From the NCBI GenBank assembly GCA_963840975.1, contig CAWJBC010000021.1, positions 568,862 to 632,861 on the forward strand: a DNA stretch of 64,000 bases, in the 5' to 3' direction. A program made the position numbers and the translations under genes. Each line of letters begins with the position of its first letter. Position 1 is the first letter of the stretch. Origin of the DNA: an uncultured Bacteroidales bacterium. Lineage in GTDB: Bacteria; Bacteroidota; Bacteroidia; Bacteroidales; JAADJA01. The notes under the pieces were generated by a model that saw nothing but the letters and a program-made list of their open reading frames with translations, was not told the DNA's origin and ran no database searches. Shown here piece after piece: positions 33,674 through 43,206 of the stretch.

Positions 33674-36255
33674 ATGAGAGTTGGGAAAATTTACGCGGCT
33701 ATAATTGTTTTGTTTACAATTGTTTCAATTGTTGCTTCAGGTCAGACAAGGAATGATCTTCTTTCACAGTTGTTTAAGGAAAGGAAAGAACTCTATTTTA
33801 AATTTGAAATCAACACGCCAAAAGAACTAATGTCCCTTACCCATCTCATCTCTTTGGACAACGTTAAGGGCACCACGGTTTTTGCTTATGCCAATCAAAA
33901 AGAATTTTCGGATTTTCTTGATTTGGGTTATAGTTATGAACCGCTCACTCCCCCAAGTATGCTGATCATCCCCGAAATGAGGGAATCGGTTACCGTTAAA
34001 GGAATTACCGATTGGGATTTTTACCCTACCTACCAGGCTTATGTTGACATGATGTACCAGTTCCAGACTAGATTACCCTGATTTGTGCCAGGTGGTCAGC
34101 ATTGGGCAATCTGTAGAGGGCCGCCAACTTCTGTTTGCAAGGATTTCGGATAATGTGAGTCAGGAAGAAGGGGAACCTCAGTTTTTGTACACCGGAACCA
34201 TTCACGGCGACGAGACAACCGGTTTTATACTATTATTGCGTTTGATAGATTATCTTTTGACGAATTATGGTAGCGACCCGCGCATAACCGGCATGGTGAA
34301 TGGTCTTGACATCTGGATCAATCCTGCATCTAACCCCGATGGCACTTACCATGGCGGAAACAATTCGGTGTATGGAGCAACCCGTTACAATGCCAATGGT
34401 GTTGATATGAACAGAAATTATCCTGATCCTCAGGCGGGCCCGCATCCCGATGGCAATGCGTGGCAACCGGAAACAATTTTATTCATGAACTTTGCCGAGA
34501 GCCATCATTTCGTCAGCTCTGTAAATACTCACGGCGGCACCGAAGTGTGCAATTATCCCTGGGATACCTGGTCGAACTTTCATGCTGATGATCAGTGGTG
34601 GCAATATGTGTGTCACGAATATGCCGATACGGCGCAAGCCCATTCGCCATCGAACTATATGAATGAATATGATGATGGAATTACAAACGGCTATGCCTGG
34701 TACACCATCACCGGCGGACGACAGGATTATATGACCTATTTTCATCAGTGCCGTGAATTTACACTTGAATTGTCCGATACAAAGCTTCTGCCTGCCAGTC
34801 AATTACCCGCACTTTGGGAATACAACTACCGCTCCCTGCTGAATTATATGGAGCAGACAATGTTCGGGATTAGCGGAACGGTAACGGATGCAAATACAGG
34901 AAATCCCGTTAAGGCTGAAATTTATATAGCCAGTCATGACGAAGACAGTTCATGGGTTTATTCCAGCATGACCACCGGAAAATATTTCAGGCTGATCCAT
35001 GCCGGGACTTACGACCTTACTTTCAGTGCTCCGGGATATTATCCCCAAACCATTCAGAATGTCATTGTGGTCAACCGCCAGTTAACAACTTTGAATGTTC
35101 AGTTAAGCTCAGGAACGCTGATTGCAGATTTTACAGCAAGCGCCACCAATATCCCTGTGGGTTCTGCCATCAGTTTTACCGATCTCTCCTTTCGGAAGTC
35201 CGGTAAGCTGGCAATGGACTTTTGAAGGAGCTACTCCTTCGTCCTCCTCAGTTCAAAACCCTACCAATATTTTATATCCAACAGAAGGAACTTATGATGT
35301 TTCACTTACAGTTTCTGATGGAACTGACACCCAAACAATCACCAAGCAAAATTACATCACCGCCAGCGTTGAATTCGTTATGCAAAATACTACCATTACC
35401 ACCTGCAATGGTGTTTTCTATGATTCAGGCGGCGCCTCCTCAGGTTACCAAAACAATGAAAATTATACTATGGTGTTTATGCCCGGTCAGTCCGGGGCTA
35501 AAATCGAATGCCAGTTTACATCATTCAGTATTGAAGAAGAACCCGATTGCGATTACGACTGGTTAAAAATTTACAACGGTCCAAATGCCTCATCTCCTTT
35601 GATAGGAACCTATTGCGGAAACAATTCACCGGGAACGGTGACGGCTACCAACACACAGGGTGCACTTACTTTTGTATTCTATTCTGATGGGTCGGTAACC
35701 AATAGCGGCTGGGCAGCGAATGTTAGTTGTGCCGGGATTGTCCTTCCTCCTGTTGCTGATTTTATAGCGGATGAAACAAGCATACTGGAAGGAGAAACTG
35801 TTCATTTCACAGATGTATCTGTTAATGAACCATCATCATGGTCATGGACTTTTGAAGGAGGAACACCCTCAGCATCTACGCTCGAAAACCCTGTGGTTGT
35901 ATATGATCTGGAAGGCGTTTATGATGTTACACTTACTGTGACCAATGAGGGCGGAACCAATACCCTGACGAAACAGGAATATATAACGGTTTATCACTTA
36001 ACCGGGCAGAAGGAAAACCTGGCGGGTCAAATCACTTTGTTCCCCAACCCTGCTAAGGATGCACTGAAAATCCATTCACCTGAAATCATTCAAACTGTAT
36101 CAATCGTCAATATTCTTGGTTCTGTTGAACTCGAAAACACTCCTAACGCATACTCCTGCAATCTCAATCTGTCGGGCTTTGATGCCGGTATTTACTTTGT
36201 CAGGATACAAACCGGAAATGGAGCGATTACCAAAAAGCTGCAAGTGAGGAAGTAG
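33674..36255 (+). CDS. secreted M14 zinc carboxypeptidase with PKD / CUB-like / PKD domains and a T9SS C-terminal domain; two frame disruptions (~34070, ~35190) as assembled
   Basis: Three ORFs join as YQFQT|DYPDLCQVVSIGQSVEGRQL and FTDLS|FGSPVSWQWTFEG. The M14 motifs are GTIHGDETTG, NPDG and VNTHGG. PKD-like repeats read WxWTFEGGTPS...YDVSLTVS. The CTD reads LFPNPAKDALKIH...GIYFVRIQTGNG. The span is 2582 nt (3n+2). Confidence 0.85.
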
Positions 36256-36302
36256 GCTGAGGCTGAGGCTGAGGCTAAGGCTAAGGCTGAGGCTAAGGCT
36301 AA
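36255..36302. repeat. hexanucleotide microsatellite (GGCTRA) x8
   Basis: GGCTGA and GGCTAA units start inside the stop codon of the carboxypeptidase gene. Confidence 0.95.
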
Positions 36303-36354
36303 GGGAGGAGGTTAGCTTTTGTTCTTTGCTTTTGCCCACTGTGGACTGTTTTGT

Positions 36355-36380
36355 GTTCTGAGTTCTGAGTTCTGAGTTCC
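36355..36380. repeat. heptanucleotide microsatellite (GTTCTGA) x3.7
   Basis: GTTCTGAGTTCTGAGTTCTGAGTTCC is read directly. Confidence 0.95.
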
Positions 36381-36856
36381 GTTTTGCCGACTTCCTATTG
36401 TTCTCAGTTGTCTACTGCCGAATTTGTTCTGCCACTTTCTCTACTCCTGCCGCTGCTACTATAATTTCTACCAATCCTTACCCATGCTATGTACTTTTCC
36501 ACCCTGTTAATTTCCCGGTAATAAAAAAATATTTGACCACGCATTTATTTCTGGAAGAAGTTAATAAATTTGCTGGTATGGATGGATTGTATACTTAATA
36601 ATTAGCCTGAGCATACAAAGAGGTAGGGTTTAAAAACAGAAGTGAATAGATAATCGAACTTTTAGTGCGGAAATAAAAAAGCTTTAAGAACAAGTTTAAA
36701 AAAGACTAAAACACCGAACTAAGTGCCCGCCCCCAGATAGTTTTTCTGCAACAATAAAAAAAGAGAACAGAAAAACTATACAAAAGGATTGACACCGAAA
36801 CCCGGACAATCTGGAAAATATCATAAGTTTCTTTTAATACTAAAAAATTAAGCAAA

Positions 36857-38224
36857 ATGAAAAACGTAATTTACATTATCACATTGCTCGCCGTATTTGG
36901 CTTGAGCAACACCTGTAATGCACAGACCATTGCAGGAGGCAGAGCTTTTTCTCTGGCGGTTTGCGACAATAATACCGTTAAGTCCTGGGGTGCCAATATT
37001 GCTGGTCAACTTGGAAATGGAACCTTTACCGACAGCAATGTTCCTGTTGCAGTAAGTTCTATTACCGGCATCACAGCCGTTGCATGTGGTGACCGTCATT
37101 CCCTTGCCCTGAAAAATGATGGTACAGTATGGGCATGGGGAGACAATAGCAATGGCGCACTTGGAAATGGTACCACCGCAAACAGCAATGTTCCCGTAGC
37201 AGTAAGTTCTCTCACCGGCATCACCGCCATTGCCGGCGGGCGTTACCATTCCGTTGCCCTCAAAAATGACAGCACTGTTTGGGCCTGGGGATTTAATGGT
37301 GAAGGTGCCCTTGGAAACGGAACTTACACCAATAGCAATGTCGCTGTTCCTGTAAGCTCGTTGACCGGCGTTATTGCCATTGCAGCGGGAACAAATTTCT
37401 CACTTGCCCTTAAAATTGATGGCACAGTATGGGCCTGGGGCTTCAATAATGATGGTGAGCTTGGAAATGGAACCAACACCAAAAGCAATGTTCCTGTTCC
37501 TGTAAACTCTCTCACAGGCATAACCAGTATATCAGCCGGATATTTTCATGGGCTTGCACTGAAAAATGATGGCAATGTCTGGGCTTGGGGATTTAATGCC
37601 AATGGCCAGCTTGGTAACGGGAATTACATCAATAGCAATATCCCTGTAGCAGTAATTTCACTGACAGGTGTTAATAAAATTGCTGCTGGAAGGTATCATT
37701 CGCTTGCCATAAAAAACAATGCAGTTTGGGCGTGGGGAAGAAATAATAGTGGCCAGTTGGGAAATGGAACCTTCGTCGGCGGCAATGTTCCGGTCCAGGT
37801 AAGTTCTCTTTTTAGTGTTACTAATATTGCAGCTGGTGAAGCACATTCTCTTTCCCGCGCAAGTGACAGTACTGCATGGGTTTGGGGAAGCAATGGCAAT
37901 GGTGAACTTGGAAACGGAACCAATACCAATAGCAATCTTCCTCTGCAAGTCTCGGAATTGTGCCCCGTATTATCTGTAAATGAAGTTGCTGTGCAGCTTT
38001 CCGCATCTGTTTTTCCTAACCCAAACAACGGACACTTTACATTAGCCCTTTCTACAGAAAAGGGAACTGTTGAAATGTTTAATCTGCTTGGAGAAAGAGT
38101 TTATCGTTCTGAAATTAAAAATCAGAATTCAGCAATTGATTTATCACACCAATCTAAAGGAATTTATTTTGTGAAGATTCGTGATGGGCAGCAAATGCAG
38201 ACAGTAAAGATAGTGATAGAGTAA
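36857..38224 (+). CDS. RCC1/BLIP-II repeat beta-propeller protein with T9SS C-terminal domain
   Basis: The 455-aa ORF has a signal peptide and about 7 repeats of HSLALKNDGTVWAWGxNxxGxLGNGT. The CTD reads VFPNPNNGHFTLAL...GIYFVKIRDG. Confidence 0.85.
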   Translation: MKNVIYIITLLAVFGLSNTCNAQTIAGGRAFSLAVCDNNTVKSWGANIAGQLGNGTFTDSNVPVAVSSITGITAVACGDRHSLALKNDGTVWAWGDNSNGALGNGTTANSNVPVAVSSLTGITAIAGGRYHSVALKNDSTVWAWGFNGEGALGNGTYTNSNVAVPVSSLTGVIAIAAGTNFSLALKIDGTVWAWGFNNDGELGNGTNTKSNVPVPVNSLTGITSISAGYFHGLALKNDGNVWAWGFNANGQLGNGNYINSNIPVAVISLTGVNKIAAGRYHSLAIKNNAVWAWGRNNSGQLGNGTFVGGNVPVQVSSLFSVTNIAAGEAHSLSRASDSTAWVWGSNGNGELGNGTNTNSNLPLQVSELCPVLSVNEVAVQLSASVFPNPNNGHFTLALSTEKGTVEMFNLLGERVYRSEIKNQNSAIDLSHQSKGIYFVKIRDGQQMQTVKIVIE

Positions 38225-38248
38225 GGATTTTACGAATGAATTAAAAAA

Positions 38249-38272
38249 TAGCAAGCCAGTAACAGTGGCTTG
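38249..38272 (+). terminator. stem-loop downstream of the RCC1-repeat gene
   Basis: The hairpin GCAAGCCA-GTAACAG-TGGCTTGC lies 25 nt after the stop. Its T-tract is weak. Confidence 0.5.
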
Positions 38273-38333
38273 CGTTAATACTGTTTCTGCTTAGCAGGCG
38301 AGCTAATGCTGGAGTGCTTCATGACGCTCAATA

Positions 38334-38414
38334 GCATTCCTGAAAACCAATAGGTTTATCAGGAATCCAGTAAAGGCTGTCGTTGTGGATTCCAGCCTAT
38401 GTAGGAATGCTTTC
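38334..38414. repeat. GC-rich hairpin modules (GCATTCCTGAAAACC.ATAGGTTTATCAGGAATCC plus GGATTCC.GCCT....AGGAATGC)
   Basis: The same two modules recur at 42896-43006 in the opposite order, and the first recurs at 44293-44330. Confidence 0.75.
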
Positions 38415-38447
38415 AGTGAAACAAGGGCATTCCTAAGAATCCGGTTG

Positions 38448-38544
38448 GGCGTAAACTGTGTCTGCATCCAAAATAATCCATAGTTTTGAACTATGAATTG
38501 GATTTAATTTGCTGAATTTGGGATTGGAAAGAAAGTAAACCCCT
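38448..38544 (+). repeat. ~95-nt leader-like repeat, copy A
   Basis: GGCGTAAACTGTGTCTGCATCCAAAATAATCCATAG...GCTGAATTTGGGATTGGAAAGAAAGTAAACCCC aligns with 39111-39203 at about 75% identity by eye. A partial copy lies at 57905-57940. Confidence 0.7.
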
Positions 38545-38681
38545 ACCGGCAGCTATTCCAAAGGATCACCCGGAAGAATAAATCCGACTGTCGAAAATGT
38601 ATTCTGCAAAGGTGGGCAAGTATGCTAAGTCTTCGTCAGTTGCCGGACAAGTTGTATCTTTGTATGGACTAACATTCGGTT

Positions 38682-39068
38682 ATGAGAAAACTATTCACGT
38701 TACGGGTTTTGCGCATGCTATCGATTGAAGTATTATGGATCGGAGCCTGTATTTCAATCGCCTTCGTATACAGCGAAGGCCATAACAATGATTCACTTCT
38801 GCTAAAAATGCTTTTCCTGTTCTGGGTTGCTTCGCCATTTATCCTGCTGTCAGCGGCTTATTTTATTTCCAAAACCTGGTCGGTGCCAAGCATTAAAGCG
38901 CTCTGCATCCTGATGATGGTTATCGCATTAGCTTCTGTGGCTGGTTACAGCGGAATATTAATCCCTCCCGGAACGAAACCGGCTTTTATTTTCCTTATCT
39001 TACCCCTTGTATCATGGCTTCTAATGGCCGTGGTGATGCCAATAATTTATCGCAAGCGAAAGGTTTGA
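38682..39068 (+). CDS. small 4-TM membrane protein, hypothetical
   Basis: The 128-aa ORF is strongly hydrophobic. Confidence 0.55.
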   Translation: MRKLFTLRVLRMLSIEVLWIGACISIAFVYSEGHNNDSLLLKMLFLFWVASPFILLSAAYFISKTWSVPSIKALCILMMVIALASVAGYSGILIPPGTKPAFIFLILPLVSWLLMAVVMPIIYRKRKV

Positions 39069-39110
39069 TTATAGGTTGTCCCTCACGAATCCATAATTTC
39101 TCCGAAGTCA

Positions 39111-39203
39111 GGCATAAACTCTGTCTGCGTCCAAAATATTCTATAGATTTACACCATGATTTGTAATGTGCTGAATCTGGGATTGAAAAGAATGTAATAC
39201 CCG
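39111..39203 (+). repeat. ~95-nt leader-like repeat, copy B
   Basis: GGCATAAACTCTGTCTGCGTCCAAAATATTCTATAG...GCTGAATCTGGGATTGAAAAGAATGTAATACCC ends 2 nt before the GNAT start codon. Confidence 0.7.
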
Positions 39204-39205
39204 TA

Positions 39206-39742
39206 ATGATGATAAACGCAAAAAACTATACTGCACCCGAAACCCTTAAGAACGGGTTGAAGGTAACGGTGCGGGCCATCAGGCCTGCCGACAGGGATGA
39301 ATTCACAACTGCGATTAATGAACTCGACGAGCGTTCAGTCTACATGCGATTCTTTACTGCCCGGAAAAATTTTTCAGATAAAGAGCTTACGCTGGCAACT
39401 GACGTTGACTTTGTTAAGATTGTCGCACTCGTCACCTGCCTCCGTGATGATGACGGGGAAAAAATCATCGGCGGAGCGCGCTATTTTGCTTTTGGCAATG
39501 CCAATCCTCCCGACAAAGCCGAAGTATCCTTCACCGTAAGGAATGGCTACCAGAGTTTAGGAATAGCCGGCATGATGCTCAGGCACCTCGCCCGCATTGC
39601 GAAAGAAATGGGTATAAAGGAATTAAATGCTGAAGTATTGAAAGCCAACACAGGCATGCTCACGGTTTTCAAACGCAGCGGTTTTCCAATGACACTCGAA
39701 TACCAAGCTGACGTGGCGCATGTAGCGCTCAATATCGCATAA
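39206..39742 (+). CDS. GNAT family N-acetyltransferase
   Basis: The 178-aa ORF has ...VRNGYQSLGIAGMMLRHLARIAKEMGIKELNAEVLKANTGMLTVFKRSGF, which resembles acetyl-CoA motif A. Confidence 0.75.
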   Translation: MMINAKNYTAPETLKNGLKVTVRAIRPADRDEFTTAINELDERSVYMRFFTARKNFSDKELTLATDVDFVKIVALVTCLRDDDGEKIIGGARYFAFGNANPPDKAEVSFTVRNGYQSLGIAGMMLRHLARIAKEMGIKELNAEVLKANTGMLTVFKRSGFPMTLEYQADVAHVALNIA

Positions 39743-39820
39743 GCGAAATGAATTTAACCGTTGATTCTATTTTGAATAACCGCCACTCTTGTTGAAGTAT
39801 GAAGATTAGCAGGTGCATTT

Positions 39821-40158
39821 GCCTGCGCAGTAATGCTTCGTCGTCAAAGAGGATTCCACAATTAATTCTTGTCAATCTTAATTTTAGTCAATTTAGTCAT
39901 TGTGCTGGTTTCCTGCCTGCCCGACTGCATCATTAAGGCGGGCCTGCCCGACTGCGTCATTCCCGTCCGTTCCGGAACGGGCGGACAGGCGGGCCTGCGC
40001 AGTAATGCCACGTCGTCAAAGAGGAATCCACAATTAATTCTTGTCAATCTTAATTTTAGTCAATTTAGTCATTGTGCTGGTTTCCTGCCTGCCCGACTGC
40101 GTCATTCCCGTCCGTTCCGGAACGGACGGACAGGCGGGCCTGTGCAGGAATGCTTCGT
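39821..40158. repeat. tandem composite GC-rich repeat (2 units of 172 and 145 bp plus a partial third head)
   Basis: Unit heads GCCTG(C/T)GCAG lie at 39821, 39993 and 40138. Each unit runs ...CCACAATTAATTCTTGTCAATCTTAATTTTAGTCAATTTAGTCATTGTGCTGGTTTCCTGCCTGCCCGACTGC[27-bp module]GTCATTCCCGTCCGTTCCGGAACGG.CGGACAGGCGGGC. Unit 1 has one 27-bp module and unit 2 has none. Confidence 0.9.
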
Positions 40159-40441
40159 AAAGAATTGCTATCTGACGGTGATCAACTTGTATCATCCGAT
40201 ACTCAACCAAACAGATAACTTCCCAGATGACATTCATCCCAATGAAATGCTGAAAATAAATGTGGGTATCATTGCCAGCGAATTGAAAAAGTAACCTTAT
40301 CGGAGCAGCTTATCAGAATATCTTCAATTTTATAATGATAGTTGCGATGATAAATTCAGTATTTTTGGTCGTTGCATCGTCATCGATTGAAGATTACTAT
40401 TCAGAATAATTGGGTGTTGTTTAATCTTAAATAAAACAAAA

Positions 40442-42832
40442 ATGAAAAAATTTTACTTCTTTTTAGCATTATTGCTGATGATCGTAATGGTCAGCAAAAC
40501 CTATTCGCAAATTGGTTCTCAAACGTTTACATCATCCGGTGTTTTCACTGTACCTGCCGATATCACAATTATAACCATCGAATTAGTTGGTGCAGGTGGA
40601 GAAGGAGGTGTCAATGGCGGTGGTGGTGGAGGCGGCGGAGGTTATGCCAAAGGAGTTTATACTGTTGTGCCATTCACAGATTATACAGTAACGATTGGAA
40701 TAGCCGGCGGAGGAGCATCAGGAGGTACGACAAGTGTGGGTGATTTGATTTCAGCCACAGGGGGTGAAAACGGAACATGGGTTCCCAATCCCAATTTAGG
40801 TGGTGGTGGTACAGGAGGAGTTGGAATGAATGGGACCATTGCTAACAGAACAGGCGGAACAGGAGGAGGAGGATACTGGACTTATTTTGGTGGAGGCGGA
40901 GGTGGCGCTGCAGGTTCCTTAAGCGATGGTTATGAAGGGGGTAACACGATTACCTGGTCTGGAAATTGCCTTACACCGGGAGGTGCGGCGGGATTGAGCG
41001 GCGGTACACCCGGAGGCGCAGGAGGAAAAGGCGCTGGATTTACGGATGTAAATTGTAACGGAACCGACCCTGCAGGTGACGGTGAAAATTATGGAGGCGG
41101 AGGCGGAGGTGGAAATGGCAACGGCGGAGTCAAGGGAACCGGAAAAGGGGGTTATGTTTTTATCTCCTGGGGCACTGCTTCGGAAAACTGTTGCGATTAT
41201 GCTAATATTGGACAGAATATAGGTATCGAAGGCGAATCGTTTGGGGTAGCTTTGGGCGACTTCGACGGAGACAACGACCTCGACGCCGTGAAAGTGGATG
41301 CCTATAATGATATTGAAGTATACGAAAATGACGGGAACGCTTCATTCACGCTGATGCAGAATTTGGGGCAGGATGGCTGGAGGTATGGAGTTAAAATTGA
41401 AGATGTGGATATGGATATGGATTTGGATATTGTAACAGCCGGATTTGGTATGAGTTTTGGCTGCGAGGTTTATAAGAACAATGGTTCCGGAAATTTTATC
41501 TTGGCTCAGGATGGTATTGCAACCAATCTGACGGTCAATAAATTTGATATGGCTGATCTGAATGGTGACACCTATCCTGATTTGTTTTTACCTGCCTATT
41601 CCGGTGGTGGAAGCCAGGTTTGGTTTAACAATGGAAACGGGCACTTCACCAATTCCAATCAAAACCTTACCGGACAGTCCTGCACTGAAGTTGCACTGGG
41701 CGACCTTGACGGAGATGGTGATGCAGATGCTTTTGTTTCCTGCACCAATTCTGCTCCGAGCATGGTTTGGATGAACGATGGATCAGGAGTATTTACCGAT
41801 AGCGGACAGGCACTTGGAACCGGCAACAGCTATGGGGTGGCAATGGCAGACCTGGATAATGACGGAGATAATGATGTGGTTTGCGCCAATTGGACGGTTC
41901 CATCACAGGTTTGGCTGAATGATGGTGCCGGAAATTTTACCGAAGGTTTTGTAATCAATAATAACAATTATGCTAAATCCGTCAGGCTGGTTGATCATGA
42001 TTACGATCATCTTGTTGACATTTTTATCGGGAGCTATGGTTCACATGGATTACAGATTTGGCACAACTTAGGTTCAGGCAATTTTGATCTTTGCTATGAA
42101 AATACGGCGGATGTTTATGCCCATGATCTTGCCGTAGGAGATTTAAATAATGACCTGATGCCGGATGTTTACCTTGGAAATTTCAGTTCAAACGATGGAG
42201 ACCAGGTTTACACTAAAGCTTCGACAGTTATTGTTAATGAAAATGCAGCTATTTGTCTGGGCGACAGTATCTATCTCGGAGGAGATTGGCAGCATTCGGC
42301 TGGTAATTACATCGATGCGTTGAATTGCGATACGATTATTCAAACCATGCTTGCTGTAACTGTGGTCGACACATCGGTAACAGTAAACGGATCAACACTG
42401 ACAGCCAATGCTGCAGACGCATCTTATCAATGGATTGATTGTCTGACCTGGCTTCCGGTGGAAGGCGCAACATCTCAATCCTTTATTCCTGCTGAAACCG
42501 GAAATTATGCCGTTGAAGTAACCCAGGAAAGTTGTTCTGATACTTCAGGCTGCTATTTTGTCAACCTCACCGGGCTATCGGATGATCAGGATTTGCAAAA
42601 ATTACTTGTATATCCCAATCCATCACACAATAAACTTTTTATTGAAACACGAGGCAAAACCGGATGGATGGAAATCAGGATAACTGATTTGATGGGTTTG
42701 GAAGTTCTAAAGCTTAATTCTGTTTCAGCCGGATCATTAATATTGGATGTTTCCGAATTGAAAAAAGGATGCTATTTCCTGCATATTCAATATGGAGGAT
42801 CCTCCACCACCAAAAAAGTGCTTATTTACTGA
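40442..42832 (+). CDS. T9SS-secreted FG-GAP/VCBS-repeat protein with an N-terminal glycine-rich domain
   Basis: The 796-aa ORF has a signal peptide and poly-Gly tracts (GGGGGGGGYAKGVYTV). Repeats of the form GDFDGDNDLD / GDLDGDGDAD / ADLDNDGDNDVV follow. The CTD reads VYPNPSHNKLFIE...GCYFLHIQYGG. Confidence 0.85.
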   Translation: MKKFYFFLALLLMIVMVSKTYSQIGSQTFTSSGVFTVPADITIITIELVGAGGEGGVNGGGGGGGGGYAKGVYTVVPFTDYTVTIGIAGGGASGGTTSVGDLISATGGENGTWVPNPNLGGGGTGGVGMNGTIANRTGGTGGGGYWTYFGGGGGGAAGSLSDGYEGGNTITWSGNCLTPGGAAGLSGGTPGGAGGKGAGFTDVNCNGTDPAGDGENYGGGGGGGNGNGGVKGTGKGGYVFISWGTASENCCDYANIGQNIGIEGESFGVALGDFDGDNDLDAVKVDAYNDIEVYENDGNASFTLMQNLGQDGWRYGVKIEDVDMDMDLDIVTAGFGMSFGCEVYKNNGSGNFILAQDGIATNLTVNKFDMADLNGDTYPDLFLPAYSGGGSQVWFNNGNGHFTNSNQNLTGQSCTEVALGDLDGDGDADAFVSCTNSAPSMVWMNDGSGVFTDSGQALGTGNSYGVAMADLDNDGDNDVVCANWTVPSQVWLNDGAGNFTEGFVINNNNYAKSVRLVDHDYDHLVDIFIGSYGSHGLQIWHNLGSGNFDLCYENTADVYAHDLAVGDLNNDLMPDVYLGNFSSNDGDQVYTKASTVIVNENAAICLGDSIYLGGDWQHSAGNYIDALNCDTIIQTMLAVTVVDTSVTVNGSTLTANAADASYQWIDCLTWLPVEGATSQSFIPAETGNYAVEVTQESCSDTSGCYFVNLTGLSDDQDLQKLLVYPNPSHNKLFIETRGKTGWMEIRITDLMGLEVLKLNSVSAGSLILDVSELKKGCYFLHIQYGGSSTTKKVLIY

Positions 42833-42895
42833 TTCTGAATGTAGATAATTACTTAACTCACAGGCAAACCAACAATTAATGCCAGGCATTATCCT

Positions 42896-43006
42896 GGATT
42901 CCTGCCTGCGCAGGAATGCTTCGTCGTAGCAAGGGAATTCATGGCTACGAAAGCATTCATGGACACAAAAGCATTCCTGAAAACCGATAGGTTTATCAGG
43001 AATCCA
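42896..43006. repeat. GC-rich hairpin modules (same family as 38334-38414)
   Basis: The region contains GGATTCCTGCCTGCGCAGGAATGCTTCGTCGT ... GCATTCCTGAAAACCGATAGGTTTATCAGGAATCC. Confidence 0.75.
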
Positions 43007-43206
43007 TAAAGAAAATGTGGTTATGTTCTTCATTTTTATTTCCCTTTCCTAAATCTTCTCCTGCAATCCCACTATTTAGAACCCTTTCAAAACATTAACA
43101 AATATTTAACATTTAAAAATCAACAACTTATGATCTATATGTGATATTTTTGTGTTTGATGTCAAAACAAAAAACTATTAATGTTTAAAGTTAATTTATT
43201 CTGAAT

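Noticed and set aside
36100-36339. A minus-strand ORF encodes SLSLSLSLSL....
   Set aside because: It is generated by the (GGCTRA)n microsatellite and overlaps the 3' end of the carboxypeptidase gene. It is not a gene.
39821-40158. I considered a CRISPR interpretation of the tandem repeats here and at 47290-47480.
   Set aside because: There are only 2-4 units. The 'spacers' are themselves conserved between units and loci, unit lengths (145-172 bp, or 42 bp with gaps of about 17 bp) do not fit CRISPR geometry, and no cas genes are present.
39862-40294. ORFs 39862..40047 (-), 39869..40294 (+) and 40034..40237 (-) overlap each other across the tandem GC-rich repeat.
   Set aside because: Both strands are open only because of the repeat composition. 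The 'proteins' are repeat-derived (QSGRPALMM units), and there is no start context or homology. I treat this as non-coding repeat DNA.
42737-43033. ORF 42737..43033 (-) is 98 aa long.
   Set aside because: It overlaps the 3' end of the FG-GAP gene and the hairpin-module repeat, with no supporting features.
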